Assembly (NCBI GenBank): GCA_003427395.1
Contig: BFEA01000020.1
Span: 2,175,941 to 2,239,452, forward strand
Length of the DNA stretch: 63,512 bases
Source of the DNA: Chara braunii
Taxonomy: Eukaryota > Plantae > Charophyceae
Direction of reading: 5' to 3'
Shown here one piece after another: positions 52,682 to 63,512 of this stretch. The translations under genes were made by a program, and so were the position numbers. How positions within the stretch are numbered: the stretch's first letter is position 1; each line of letters begins with the position of its first letter. The notes under the pieces are model-generated. The model was given only the letters and a program-made list of their open reading frames with translations. It was not told the origin of the DNA and did no database searches.

Positions 52682-54286
52682 GGCGATGGCGAGGGTGACG
52701 GCGTAACCGACGGTGATTGAGAAGAGGAGGGAGATGCAGGGGAGATAGAGTCGTCGTCATGAGAGGTCGATGGGGAAGGAGACGGAACAGAGGGAAGAAG
52801 ACGGAGATAGGACACGTGGCGTGTGATCGGGCGAGCCGATCGACTGCCGGAAACCTCGGGAGCGAGGCGCACGGTGTCAATGCCGTTAGGTCCGAGCTCA
52901 ATCACTCGATACTGCCCGAAGAATCGTGGCGCTAGTTTACCCTGACGCGCACATTTCCTTACCTGCACGATGTCCCCTAACTTATACTGGGTCCTGGGAC
53001 CCGCATTCCCATTCCGGGCCTCGTAACTTCGGACCTGTCGGCCATGGGCCAATTCGGTGAACCGTTGTCGCTTCCGGGCCAGCCTAGGTAGGGACCGCTC
53101 CATGAGTTCCAGGTGCCGCTTGGCTTTGTCCCGAGTGGTGGCCCTTGTGGGGCGTCGGTTGAGTCCTGATTCGTCTGGGAGGCTCGGGATCGAAACACAC
53201 GCGACGCTATTGGTCCGCAATTGAAAGGGGCTTAGGCCCGTCGACTCGTGGGGCGTTCCGCGATGGCCCGCCAAGATGTGGTCGACAATATCAGGCCAGG
53301 GTCGGGAGTCACGTGCCGCAATATTCCGTCTCAATGCCGTTTTTATCACCCTATTTGCATTTTCCACTAATCCGTTGGACTGGGACATATGTGGGGCTGT
53401 GTGCCGTATGGAGACGCCGTGTACGACCAGGTTCTTCTCGACTTCTCCTCTAAATTCGACCCCATTGTCGGTCAGGATTTCTTCGGTGTCCTGGTGCATG
53501 CCTAGAAATCGGTTGACGTACCGCGCGATTTCCGCAGCTTGTCGTGTTTTGCAGGGGTAGGCCTCGATCCACTTAGAAAAGTGGTCGACGAAAACCAACA
53601 AAATTGAATACTCGCAGCTATTCGGGCCAGGGGGCACCACTATATCGGTAGTATCCATGCTAACCCTCTGAAACGGTCCTTCAACCATGGTTGGGACTAT
53701 CAACCTAGGCGGTTGGGTTGGGGACTTGTCAGCAGCGCAGACCTGGCAGTGTTGGACGATGAATTTAACGTCATCCCGGATGTTGGACCAGTACCATTGA
53801 TTTCTGTCGATTGCAGCTTCGGTAATACGCACGGCAAAATGTGCCGCCGTTTCCTCGTGGGCTGTCCGCACCCAGTCGTACCACATGAACGGGTGTGGAA
53901 CCACTAACCATGCCCCGCTGCCGTCTGCTTTACGCTTTTCTAACCGTCCATCCACCCATCGGTAATCCCGTGCTCTTTCATTGGCCCTCCTCCGATCTTC
54001 CTTGGAGAAGGTTTCGAGGGAGTTCCCTACTACACTGGCTATCAGGGCGACATTTGTCCAGACTTCCGCTCTTCTAAACTTCTGGATTTTGTCGGGGCCC
54101 TCCGACGTGGCCTCGAGGAATCGGGCTTCCGTCGGAATCTTGTCAGTGCGGCATAGGGGACAGAACCAGGGTCTATCACTACTCCGATACTGTATGCACG
54201 CACCATGAGCACGTGCGACACATTTCCGACAGTCTACCCATTCGGCATATCCCATCCCCTAAGGATGCATGTGGACAGAATAGACA
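52678..54286 (-). CDS. PHD finger-integrase in its own ORF
   Basis: PHD: CLFC[1-nt frameshift]..WVDCRKC...HGAC..WFCPLC. Integrase: HHCC zinc domain; SMDT / TDNGVEF / SNGLVE DDE triad; KLAPRFFGQY GPY/F-like module. Confidence 0.88.
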
Positions 54287-54382
54287 CAAGAAATTGACTC
54301 ACAGAAACAACAAAATTTGTCAGGAAGGGAGGCGAAAGAAGAGGATGGGGAAGAGAGAGAGGAAATCGGAACATTACCTCCG

Positions 54383-55810
54383 TCACCCATTGTCCTTCAC
54401 CGGCCCCTTGCCACGTGGAATAACCACGACTTCTCCGTACTTTGGACCGTTATTGATGTCCGGGTCCTTCCACGGTGTGATCTCTTCCGCCTTTGGTACT
54501 TTACCGGGTCGATGCAAACGTGTCAGTCCGTCGGCGTTGCCGTGTCTCTCCGTCTTTCGATGAACAATGTCAAAATCATACTCTTGCAACCGCACCGCCC
54601 ATCGTCCAATCATGCCCGTGTAATTAGTTAGCTCTTTTAGAGCCAACAGAGGTTCATGGTCGGTGACGAGCAAAAACTTNTGACCGTACAAATACGGATG
54701 GAAGTGCTGGATACCCCAAACTACCGCATANCACTCTCCTTGTGGCGCGNAATCGTTTNGTCGCTCGTCTGGCACCGTCCGGGACGCGTACTCAATGACA
54801 TGCTCCTTCCCATCGTTTCCCTTCTGTGCCAGAATTGCCNAAATAGCCTCCGGCTGCCAGTCGGTGATGAGAATAAACTGTCGAGAGGGCTCCGNCCGAA
54901 TCNGAATCGGGGCCGTAACGAGAGCGTCCTTCAGGGCCCCGAAGGCCCGGTCGCAATCGTCGTCCCAATGCAGGGGCTGTTCTTTTCGCAGCAGGTTTGT
55001 CAGAGGCCTTGCTATCGCCGCGAACCCTTTGATAACCCGCCGGTAATACGAGGCCAGGCCCAAGAAGGCTCGAACCTGCGTCAGTGAGGTNGGAACCGNG
55101 GCCTCCTTCACNGNCGCGACTTTCCGAGAGTCNGGCCGCAGACCTCCACGTGTCACAACATACCCCAAGAACGAGATTTCCGGAAGGAAAAACTCGCTCT
55201 TTTCCAGCGCGATCTTGAAACCTGCGTCTCTCAGCGCGCCTAGCGTCCATTCGATGTGCTGCGCGTGTCCGTGAAACGTGTCCGAGTACACCAGAATGTC
55301 ATCCATATATACAATGACGCAAAAGTTAATCATCCCCGGAGTCAGCCGTGTCTTATTGACGAAATTCTGAAAAGTCACGTTCATCGCTCGCTGAAACGTG
55401 GCAGGCGCATTACAGATTCCCATCGGGCACCGAACCCACTGCCACGTGCCCTCAAACAAAACGAAGGCGGTCTTGGGGCGATCTTCTTCCTTTACCAAGA
55501 TATGATGAAACCCATGCCGAATGTCGAACTTGTTGAAATAGTTAGCACACCCAATCGCATCAAGCAGACCATCAATCCGGGGAAGGGGATACACATCCTT
55601 AATCGTGATATCATTCAGTTTTCGATAATCGATGCATATGCGGACTGACCCGTTCTTTTTAGGAACCAATACAACTGGGAACGACCAGGGACCGATGGTA
55701 GGCTCAATCCACCCGTTCGCCTCAAATTCCCTAATTCGCTGCAAGGCCGTCTTGCGCTCTGTTAACGAGTATCGGTACGGCTTGCAGTGGATCGGGGAAT
55801 GATTCCCGGT
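54383..55810 (-). CDS. pol: Reverse transcriptase plus RNase H (pol)
   Basis: PVVLVPKKNGSVRICIDYRKLN, PMGICNAPATFQ, YMDD, FLGLASYYRR, TDHEPL, NADGLTR. Confidence 0.95.
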   Translation of the reverse strand, partial: TGNHSPIHCKPYRYSLTERKTALQRIREFEANGWIEPTIGPWSFPVVLVPKKNGSVRICIDYRKLNDITIKDVYPLPRIDGLLDAIGCANYFNKFDIRHGFHHILVKEEDRPKTAFVLFEGTWQWVRCPMGICNAPATFQRAMNVTFQNFVNKTRLTPGMINFCVIVYMDDILVYSDTFHGHAQHIEWTLGALRDAGFKIALEKSEFFLPEISFLGYVVTRGGLRXDSRKVAXVKEAXVXTSLTQVRAFLGLASYYRRVIKGFAAIARPLTNLLRKEQPLHWDDDCDRAFGALKDALVTAPIXIRXEPSRQFILITDWQPEAIXAILAQKGNDGKEHVIEYASRTVPDERXNDXAPQGEXYAVVWGIQHFHPYLYGXKFLLVTDHEPLLALKELTNYTGMIGRWAVRLQEYDFDIVHRKTERHGNADGLTRLHRPGKVPKAEEITPWKDPDINNGPKYGEVVVIPRGKGPVKDNG

Positions 55811-56629
55811 CTAAATCTCATGTTGAACGACCACAGACAATCCAATATCGGCATCGGACACGCTAATCGCCCCTTGGTATTCCATTAAAATATCAGCGAT
55901 CAACCGATGGATCTCATCAGGTACATACTGGGGCACATGCAACTCGTACATTTGACCCAAAATCCGAACATTTACCTGCTTCGTGTGTATGCGCCGAGTG
56001 GTGTCGGGCGGTGCGGATATAAAAGAATGATCCGATTTCCAAGAAAACACAGTGACCACCATCTGTGCTTCCTCTTCCCTGATCGCCGTATGACCTTCGG
56101 GAGTTATTCCGTCGCAGATGTCTTGCCAGGGCACGCTTCTGGGCGAAATTTTGATCCCAAGCTCATCGGATCTTGCCTCGATGCGCTGAGGGGGTTCCAA
56201 AGAACCTGCTTCGGCTCCCAACCGCAATAACTGTATTTATTTTGCGGGCTGAAGCAGGGATCGAGGTAAGCCAGTGAAATCACAGAAGGAACGCTTGTCA
56301 CTATACCGAAGGAGAAGAGGGGATACGCCTTCGTACAGGGTTCGAGGGGGTTCCAAGGAATCAACCAGCCTCGAAATCTGTACGAGGGGTTCTCCCATGA
56401 TCATCATATGAGCATTTTGTGCGGTTAGATGCATGGTACGTGCGATATTGCGGGGCGGCGGGTAGTGAATCCGCTGCCGCACTAGCCGTGTTACAACTGG
56501 GTCATCATCGTCGTCGCTCCCCGTGTCATTCGACGATTGGCCTTCGTCCACAGATGCGTTCCAGGAGATCATGCGGAGCGCCCCCCCCATTGCTTCCGGA
56601 GAAATTCGGGGTACTACCTTAACCGATGT

Positions 56630-56986
56630 TCAGAGAGTTAGTCTCATCGGTATTACATACGGCTTTCCCCCGGTATTCCGGAGAATGACTGATCGGCGTT
56701 CGAAGTCCAAATTAGCACGCAGCGCAACCAATGCAGGAAGTCCGAAAAGAACGTCATACGTATTCACATCCAACACCACAACGTCTCCTAACACATGCAC
56801 TTTTCCCAACCGGAACGCGACATTTGTCATCCGTCCTATTGTCTTGATCTTTTCCTCGTCAGCCGATACGAGCTGGTCTTTCTCAATTAGCATGATCAAA
56901 TCACTCTTCCTACCCGCTCTTTCAACTACTCGGAGTGATATTGCTAAAACAGCCGTTCCCGAATCTATGATCGCACTGTACGGCAC
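56630..56986 (-). CDS. Retropepsin aspartic protease (pol fragment)
   Basis: AIIDSGTAV; YDVLFGLP. Confidence 0.85.
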   Translation of the reverse strand: MPYSAIIDSGTAVLAISLRVVERAGRKSDLIMLIEKDQLVSADEEKIKTIGRMTNVAFRLGKVHVLGDVVVLDVNTYDVLFGLPALVALRANLDFERRSVILRNTGGKPYVIPMRLTL

Positions 56987-57082
56987 TCCCCAGACTTCGA
57001 TATCACATTCGGCTGACTTCCACGGAATCGGCTGATCCGGAGAAAGTGGTTGTCTTTCTGTATCAATCCGACTCGAATGGGG

Positions 57083-58660
57083 TCAGAGGCGGCGACCGCC
57101 TTTTCTTCCGGAGTCGGCGCCTTCGCCTTCTGATCTTTTGCGCGTGCAAGGACGAATCGCTTCCGATTTGCTTTGCAGTGCAAGGACGAATCGCTTCCGG
57201 TTTGCTTTGCAGTATTGCATCATTCGTTCATTCGCCTGTTCTGAAATGGAGAGTAGGTGGCCGATTGGGAGAGGGATTCGATGATCCAGTGCTCGGGTAA
57301 CATCAAGGACATCGATCTCTCCTGTAACAAAGGTAGGACCCCCCGTCTCCATTTCGCTCGACGAAGGCCGCCATTCAGTGACATCTCTGGACTCGAGTTC
57401 TGGTCGGATCGTTTCAATCATTCCCAGCCCCGGATATCCTAGTGATACGTACTGCTCCAGCGGGATAAGCTCGGCTGCTTCCTCACTGGAAATCATCATT
57501 CCATTACTTCCTCCCTGATCATCCATCACGGCTCCTACACGTCCTGGGCCGTTAGCTATGGGGGCTGCAGCTGCAGGCGCGGCCCCGCCTCGAGGCTGCA
57601 TGGCACGATGGGGGCAATCTCGGGCCAAGTGACCTGGTTGATGACATGTAAAACAGACATTCGCCGCTGTCCCGGCAGGCCCCACTGCAGCCTGTGCAGC
57701 AGCCATGCCTCCCTGCATCGGTGCTCGCACCGCAATGGGCTGCACGTTCCGCATCATAGCTTCTAATCGGGCGTTGTGCTCCCGCTGTTCTTTCTTGCTT
57801 TCTTGGATTAGACTGACCAATGTTTTAGTTAGCTCCAAGATAGCAGTAGATTCACTCGCTCGTGTAGGGGGTTCGATGGGGGAGGGTGGTGGACGTGGCG
57901 GGGTTACGGCTGGGGTTGCCATCACTGGGATCTGCCTGTTTACAATCACTCCAGGGGGTGCGGTCCTCGATGATACCTGTTCTACATACGTAACGGGTCC
58001 GGCTACGAATCCCATGTTTTCGAATTTGTTTTGCAGCGCGGCCAGTTCTGCCCTTGCTTTCACAAGCTCGGACGAATCTCCTTCTCTACCATAATCCTCA
58101 TTTTCTAGAAAGCTAGCTGCAAATTTCCGCTCCATTTCTTCGGCAGCCGCCATAATTTGTTGCAGCGTGTGGTTAATAGGAGAGAAGTTTTTACGTAGTT
58201 TTCCCCGAATCATTCTGTTACGTAGTCCGTCGATGAACAAGTCTCGGCCTACCTGCTCACTCCGCTCAGTCTTCACAAACATTCGGTGAAACCTGTTCTG
58301 ATAATCAGTAATGGATTCGAGTGGTTTCTGGACTCGATCCTTGATCATATAGAGTGTTTGTTCGGGATGAACATACTCGAAGTGGTTCATGAAATCCCGC
58401 TCAAATGTGGGAAGATCCACCCATACATAAGTGCTATACCAATGATGGGCATCTCCCCCCATCCGCGCGGGGATGTTGATCTGCGCTTCATCATTCGTAT
58501 ACCGCTGAGCTCGGAGCGTGGCTAACCATGCTCCAGCGAGATGGTGGGCTGGGTCAAATAAATAAAGATCTGGTGGAGCCGCAGGGGCTCGTGCAGGCGG
58601 GTTAGACTGTTGATTGGGGTTGACCACCGAAGCGGCTGCTGCAGCAGCGGCCGCAGCCAT
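57083..58660 (-). CDS. gag: Gag (capsid plus CCHC nucleocapsid)
   Basis: Q..ESITDYQNRF..FIDGL; CFTCHQPGHLARDC. The frame is broken by a 34-bp tandem duplication at 57147-57214. Confidence 0.9.
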   Translation of the reverse strand: MAAAAAAAAASVVNPNQQSNPPARAPAAPPDLYLFDPAHHLAGAWLATLRAQRYTNDEAQINIPARMGGDAHHWYSTYVWVDLPTFERDFMNHFEYVHPEQTLYMIKDRVQKPLESITDYQNRFHRMFVKTERSEQVGRDLFIDGLRNRMIRGKLRKNFSPINHTLQQIMAAAEEMERKFAASFLENEDYGREGDSSELVKARAELAALQNKFENMGFVAGPVTYVEQVSSRTAPPGVIVNRQIPVMATPAVTPPRPPPSPIEPPTRASESTAILELTKTLVSLIQESKKEQREHNARLEAMMRNVQPIAVRAPMQGGMAAAQAAVGPAGTAANVCFTCHQPGHLARDCPHRAMQPRGGAAPAAAAPIANGPGRVGAVMDDQGGSNGMMISSEEAAELIPLEQYVSLGYPGLGMIETIRPELESRDVTEWRPSSSEMETGGPTFVTGEIDVLDVTRALDHRIPLPIGHLLSISEQANERMMQYCKANRKRFVLALQSKSEAIRPCTRKRSEGEGADSGRKGGRRL

Positions 58661-58813
58661 GGCGCCTGCTCGCCTTGCGGCGAACGTTCAGCTTCGTGTA
58701 GCTACAGGACTACGTCGGCGCGTATCCCCAGCTGAAGGGCGCCTACGTGGAGCCAGATCGCCTCGCCTTAGCCAATATTGAGTCTACAGACCCTATCGCT
58801 TAGCCACGTGTCG

Positions 58814-58826
58814 GGCTCCGATACCA
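58814..58826 (-). promoter_or_regulatory. Primer-binding site for tRNA-iMet
   Basis: TGGTATCGGAGCC versus canonical TGGTATCAGAGCC (one G:U pair). Confidence 0.9.
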
Positions 58827-59928
58827 ACCTCACGCCCGGCGCGACTTCCTGATCGGAGTGGGATGGGGGCCTGGAAGTGCGAAGAGGGGTGTGCCAAGGA
58901 TTTTTGGGAAAGTGGGGGTTGAAGTCCCAGGTCGGAACTGGGATCTTCTGTGGCCAAGTTCAAGGGTCGTGGGCGCAATACTGCCGAAGGGCAGGGCAAG
59001 CGCGCAATTACCGCCTATCTCACCGTTTCGGGTTTGATGGGGGTCACCGTGGTGCGGGGGACTACCGCGCGTCCTGCCTGGGGACTCGAAAAAGGGTCGA
59101 TTGTTGCTCACGCCGTGGGTTATGGGCGCGCTGGTCAAACCGAGGAGCCCGCGGGTGGCGCCTGAGTAAACACTCTCTGCACGGTTCAGGCCAATACGCG
59201 GCTATGACCCGCCATGGCACCACTGTGAGCTGGTGATATGGGAGGAGAACACGGAAGGGAGGGTAATTAGTGGCGACAACCACGAATCCGGGAGAGGTGT
59301 AATATTGTGTGTAATTCAGTTCGGGATAGTCTGCTCCGCGCGGATCGTTGGTTATCGCGTGATGGAATTCCCGCTCGCATACTTGGTTTCTCCTATAATT
59401 CGGGAATTCCGGATACGCTCCTCGCGTGCGATAGTACTCTCGGCGGGATTCCTGGATCCAGGGCTTAAAGTATTCCCTGTCCCAAGATGAGCTAGAGCCT
59501 GAGGACCATGTCATCGTTGCGTGCGGTTTTCAGACATGGGTTCTCAGATATGCTCGACGTAATTTTTGGGTCGGGACGATGACGTCAATTATAAACTCAA
59601 ATCAGACAATCTGCACATACATCCAGCATCATGATAGCGGGCAACTAATTCCGTCTACACATCACGATGCAGTCAAAACTTCACGAGGTTGTGAGCAACT
59701 AATCCCATACATTAGTGAGGAGCAAGAGAACACGATGCGCATTCCATCCATTCATCCACGTCGACAAAAAGGCAATCAAAAGAGAAGGAAATGCAGGATG
59801 CGCCAATTCAGGCGAAAACCAAAACAGAGATATCGAATTGAAGGATAGGGGGCGGTCGCCCAATCAAAATTTATGTACACAGAAGAGAGGGGAGGAGACA
59901 AGAAACTGCAAAACCATGTCCACACAAC

Positions 59929-59984
<56 letters not shown>

Positions 59985-61029
59985 GCGGACAGTCCGTCGT
60001 CACGCACCAACCCGCGAAGCTGTCACCCCGCTTAACCCTCCTACACCCGTCGGGTTCGCCCGTGCCCACAGTCCGTTGTGGCCCACGTCAACCCCACGCA
60101 TTCGGCGTCAGCTCGTCGGATCACCCAACTCCGCCTCTGCTCACCTCTTACTTCGCTCGTGTGCCGATCTTACACCGCACAACCCCGAGCTTCCAGTTTG
60201 CTAAGAGAGAAGATTAATCGCGCAGCCGGAATTTATAGCGTGCATGCGTGCGCTAGGAACACGGAATTACAAGGACTTAGTGAGATGAAGGGAAGGGAGT
60301 GCCTACGTTTGCAAGGTCAGGCCGCGGCGTGGTGGACATACCCAACTCCACGCATCGATCCGGTCATGCAAACGCGGCTACCCATATAGGGAGGGAAGAG
60401 AGGAAGAAACGAGGCGGGAAGAATAAGGAGCAAGAAACAGAAAGATACAGTTGCAGAGGCGTGCGCCCAAAATTACAGTTGCAAAAAGGATTAAGGCGCC
60501 AGTTAATCAAGGTCCCAGCGCATCAGCAAGAAAAAGCGCGCAAACATGCAAAACAGCGCTCCAGAAAAAAAACAGAAATTCCAGAATTCCTAAATTCCTA
60601 GCTATCCTGCCGATATTACGAAAAGGTCCGAAAAGAAAATTAAAATCCTGAAGGCCGTATGGCTCCGACCAAGCTTCGAAAAGAAAATTCAAAAAAAGGA
60701 AATTCAAAAAGACGCCGAAATTCCCGCGCGATGTCTGCGCGCCCAAAAGTCCGACAAAACAAAAATCAAAACAAAGAAAATAAGCGACGTCAATGTTTAT
60801 TAATCGCGCACTTGGCGCGCACTCCGCATCCATCCGACCAAGTTTCACTTCTTTTTCCCCATGCATTCCCGAATTCCCCAACCGTCATCAGGGACTCGTT
60901 CGCGGACGAAGAAACGACGAAGAAAACAAGGACACACAGGCAATTTTCCATCGACCCGTCCAATCGTCGTGGGACCCCACTGGGCGCTTCGCGCAGAAAG
61001 TTGCACACTACAGAAAGTAGTTCGTCACA
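58827..61029 (-). repeat. 5' LTR (2203 bp), lacking the terminal GCGTCACA
   Basis: Matches 48251-50436 with a 17-bp indel, and abuts the PBS directly. Confidence 0.95.
59062..59514 (-). CDS. Sense ORF inside the LTR (150 aa; 142-aa copy at 48510-48938)
   Basis: True ATG start and non-repetitive, aromatic-rich composition. No homology recognised. Confidence 0.3.
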   Translation of the reverse strand: MTWSSGSSSSWDREYFKPWIQESRREYYRTRGAYPEFPNYRRNQVCEREFHHAITNDPRGADYPELNYTQYYTSPGFVVVATNYPPFRVLLPYHQLTVVPWRVIAAYWPEPCRECLLRRHPRAPRFDQRAHNPRREQQSTLFRVPRQDAR

Positions 61030-62502
61030 GGTTGATTTTGTATCAGGATCATTCAGTTGGATCTATTTCTAGGTGTTTTATTTCTGTTCCGGGTCGGTAG
61101 ACTCTGTTTCTGTCTCCTTCTATGACCCGGATTCTTCCGAGGTTGGATGATTTGAAGGCCCCTTCTGCTCTTGGTTCTTTGCTGATGAAACTTGTTGGGT
61201 TTCCTTATTCTTGTAAGGGGTGGATGGAACTGAGTATCCAGTTCTTTTTCTGTAAGTTGCTGTTTGTCACTCTTAGTATTTCTGGGGGTTGTGCTTGCTC
61301 CCTGTTCGTTGCCCAGTCTCCCCACATCCAATTTTGGTTATTGTTCAATAACTGACGCCATTCTAGAGGTATGCTTTCGATGATGTGGGTGATGTTGGCC
61401 TGCAGGTTGTGGCAACCTTTTAGTGGGTTCCGCAAATCCTATGCAATTTTCCAATTGTTTGCTGATTCATTCCATAGATGTTGAACTTGCCATACGCCTT
61501 TTACTACCAATGCCCCCATTTGATGTCTGTTTTGGTGAGAGAGAGGCTGATGCCATTTCGTCCTTGATCCATGGATTGCTGAAGAGGGGTTTTCTGAGAA
61601 CTTCATCTTTTTCTTTGGACCGATCTTATTCTGTGGGATCTTTCTCCATATGTGGATGAGTTGTTCCCAAAATGATTTTGTGTTTCCTTTCTCTGTTTCC
61701 TCGTCTGCATTGGGAAGGGGGTTGTCGTTTTTCTTTTCCCTTGGCAAGGGCCATGATTTGTTATAGATCCAAAAGAACCCTGACATGTTGGGGGGGAATT
61801 TACAAGGTGCCAAGTCCTTGATGTGACATAGTGCCAGTGGTACCCATTGTAGGTTGCTTTGCAAGGTGAGTCTGATTATCCATTTAGTCTGGAGCGCCTC
61901 AATCTGGCGAGCCGGGTCTAGAATTCCTAGCCCTCCTTTGTCTTTTAACTGAGTGACGATTTGCCATGCGACCTTGTGAAATGTTGTTTATCCAGGTTTC
62001 ATGTCCACAAATAAGCTGCTGCCCTATGGCGAATCTGCTTTTGGAAGTCTAGAGCGGGGAACCATATTGATGTGGAATACCACATCATTGATAGGATCGA
62101 GTTATTCAGGGATAAGGCTCTTCCGAGAAGTGAGGTGTGGACTCCTTGGCAACTGTGCATTTTGTTGATCGGTGACGACATAAGGGATACGGCCGACGTG
62201 GGGTGACACCCTTTGGTGCAGAGGTTGATGCCTAGGAAACGGATTGATGTGGTTGGGTCCGCCCATTGTAACCCTTCTGGGGATAGTTCTATGGGGGGGG
62301 GTGAGTCTGCTAGCCACCATTGTCTTTGTCCAGTTCACTTTCATTTCTGATGCCAGTTGGAAGGCTTGCATGGCTCTTGTGGGGGCTTGGAATGAAGAAT
62401 TAGAGGCTCTTACAAGGACTGTAAGGTCATCTGCGAAAAGTAGGGTAGACGGGAGATGGAGTGTGTGACCCCTATGGCTGTGTGACCCCTAGTGTGTAAC
62501 AT
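61030..62502 (-). mobile_element. Second L1/Tx1 LINE, upstream part (RT C-terminus), running into a gap
   Basis: LFADD-like motif at ~62430, MKVNWTKT, SLLGRAL..NNSILSMMWY and GGLGILDP. The frame rejoins across the Gypsy insertion (..PDTKI-NLHSTR..). Confidence 0.85.
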
Positions 62503-63512
62503 NNNNNNNNNNNNNNNNNNNNNNNNNNNNNNNNNNNNNNNNNNNNNNNNNNNNNNNNNNNNNNNNNNNNNNNNNNNNNNNNNNNNNNNNNNNNNNNNNN
62601 NNNNNNNNNNNNNNNNNNNNNNNNNNNNNNNNNNNNNNNNNNNNNNNNNNNNNNNNNNNNNNNNNNNNNNNNNNNNNNNNNNNNNNNNNNNNNNNNNNNN
62701 NNNNNNNNNNNNNNNNNNNNNNNNNNNNNNNNNNNNNNNNNNNNNNNNNNNNNNNNNNNNNNNNNNNNNNNNNNNNNNNNNNNNNNNNNNNNNNNNNNNN
62801 NNNNNNNNNNNNNNNNNNNNNNNNNNNNNNNNNNNNNNNNNNNNNNNNNNNNNNNNNNNNNNNNNNNNNNNNNNNNNNNNNNNNNNNNNNNNNNNNNNNN
62901 NNNNNNNNNNNNNNNNNNNNNNNNNNNNNNNNNNNNNNNNNNNNNNNNNNNNNNNNNNNNNNNNNNNNNNNNNNNNNNNNNNNNNNNNNNNNNNNNNNNN
63001 NNNNNNNNNNNNNNNNNNNNNNNNNNNNNNNNCGTTGCCCCTCCCCCCGTCCACTGCCCTGATCCTCACCCTCCCATCCCCCCCCCTCCCGCTCATCCCG
63101 TTCGTCCCCACCGCCTTTGTCGGACACGGAAAAGCAACACGCGCGCCGCAGGTGCTGTGCGTAAACTCGCAGCTGTGCGACGTCCTCCTCGACTTGCAAA
63201 TGTGATCCATGCGCAGGAGCCATGCTAAACGAACTTCCCCGATGGAGGGCCTGCAAAACGACAACAAAAAGGAAAAATGCTTGGTACTCTCCACGTGCGC
63301 AAAAGACAAAAAAGATGGCCATGTATTTCTCCGTGTTGTAGCAGTGGATTCAGTCTCATTTGCACATTTGGAGAGCAGTGCAGCGAGGCCCTCAGGCCAA
63401 AACGAAAACAACGGGCGGGACAAAAGCAAACCCGCAAAACGACAGAAAAAAGAAAGAAAAGGAAAGAAGCAAACAAAAGGAAACTGGCAAAACGACAAAA
63501 AAAAAAGAAACG

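Larger units (their letters stand above)
48240..61029 (-). mobile_element. Full-length Ty3/Gypsy LTR retrotransposon (~12.8 kb) with atypical ends
   Basis: TGTGACG...CGTCACA termini; 4-bp TSD GGTT (48236-48239 and 61030-61033); 2.2-kb LTRs; domain order gag-PR-RT-RH-IN. Confidence 0.95.

Noticed and set aside
54259-54377. 119-nt intron joining RNase H to integrase
   Set aside because: The RH stop precedes the donor, the frames do not join, and the splice would delete the first CxxC of the PHD finger.

Overview
Eukaryotic, repeat-saturated draft-assembly window with several N gaps, long microsatellites and a leftover Nextera mate-pair adapter. The element types and GC-rich retroelement ORFs suggest a streptophyte alga such as Chara (inference). 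I found no recognisable intact host gene. From left to right: foldback/MITE-type repeats; a decayed minus-strand Ty3/Gypsy gag with a long upstream non-coding region; scrambled LSU rRNA pseudogene pieces; an 800-bp hAT MITE with an 8-bp TSD; a 5'-truncated Helitron with an extra ORF; a two-ORF Penelope-like element with an N-terminal GIY-YIG nuclease; a mitochondrial-type tRNA-Arg relic; and two decayed L1/Tx1 LINEs. The second LINE is interrupted by a 12.8-kb Ty3/Gypsy element. Two structures stand out. (1) At 11554-12036 there are seven regularly built hairpins: each basal stem has a different sequence but still pairs, each encloses a conserved 17-nt head, and on the minus strand that head folds into a cUUCGg-capped stem. 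The hairpins are separated by unique spacers. (2) The Gypsy element has non-canonical ends. The 5' LTR lacks its CA attachment end, there is no PPT, and a palindromic LTR-LTR circle-junction sequence sits internally, giving a split-repeat A1-B1-A2-B2 layout. It also has a separately encoded PHD-finger integrase and extra ORFs linked by ATGA overlaps.
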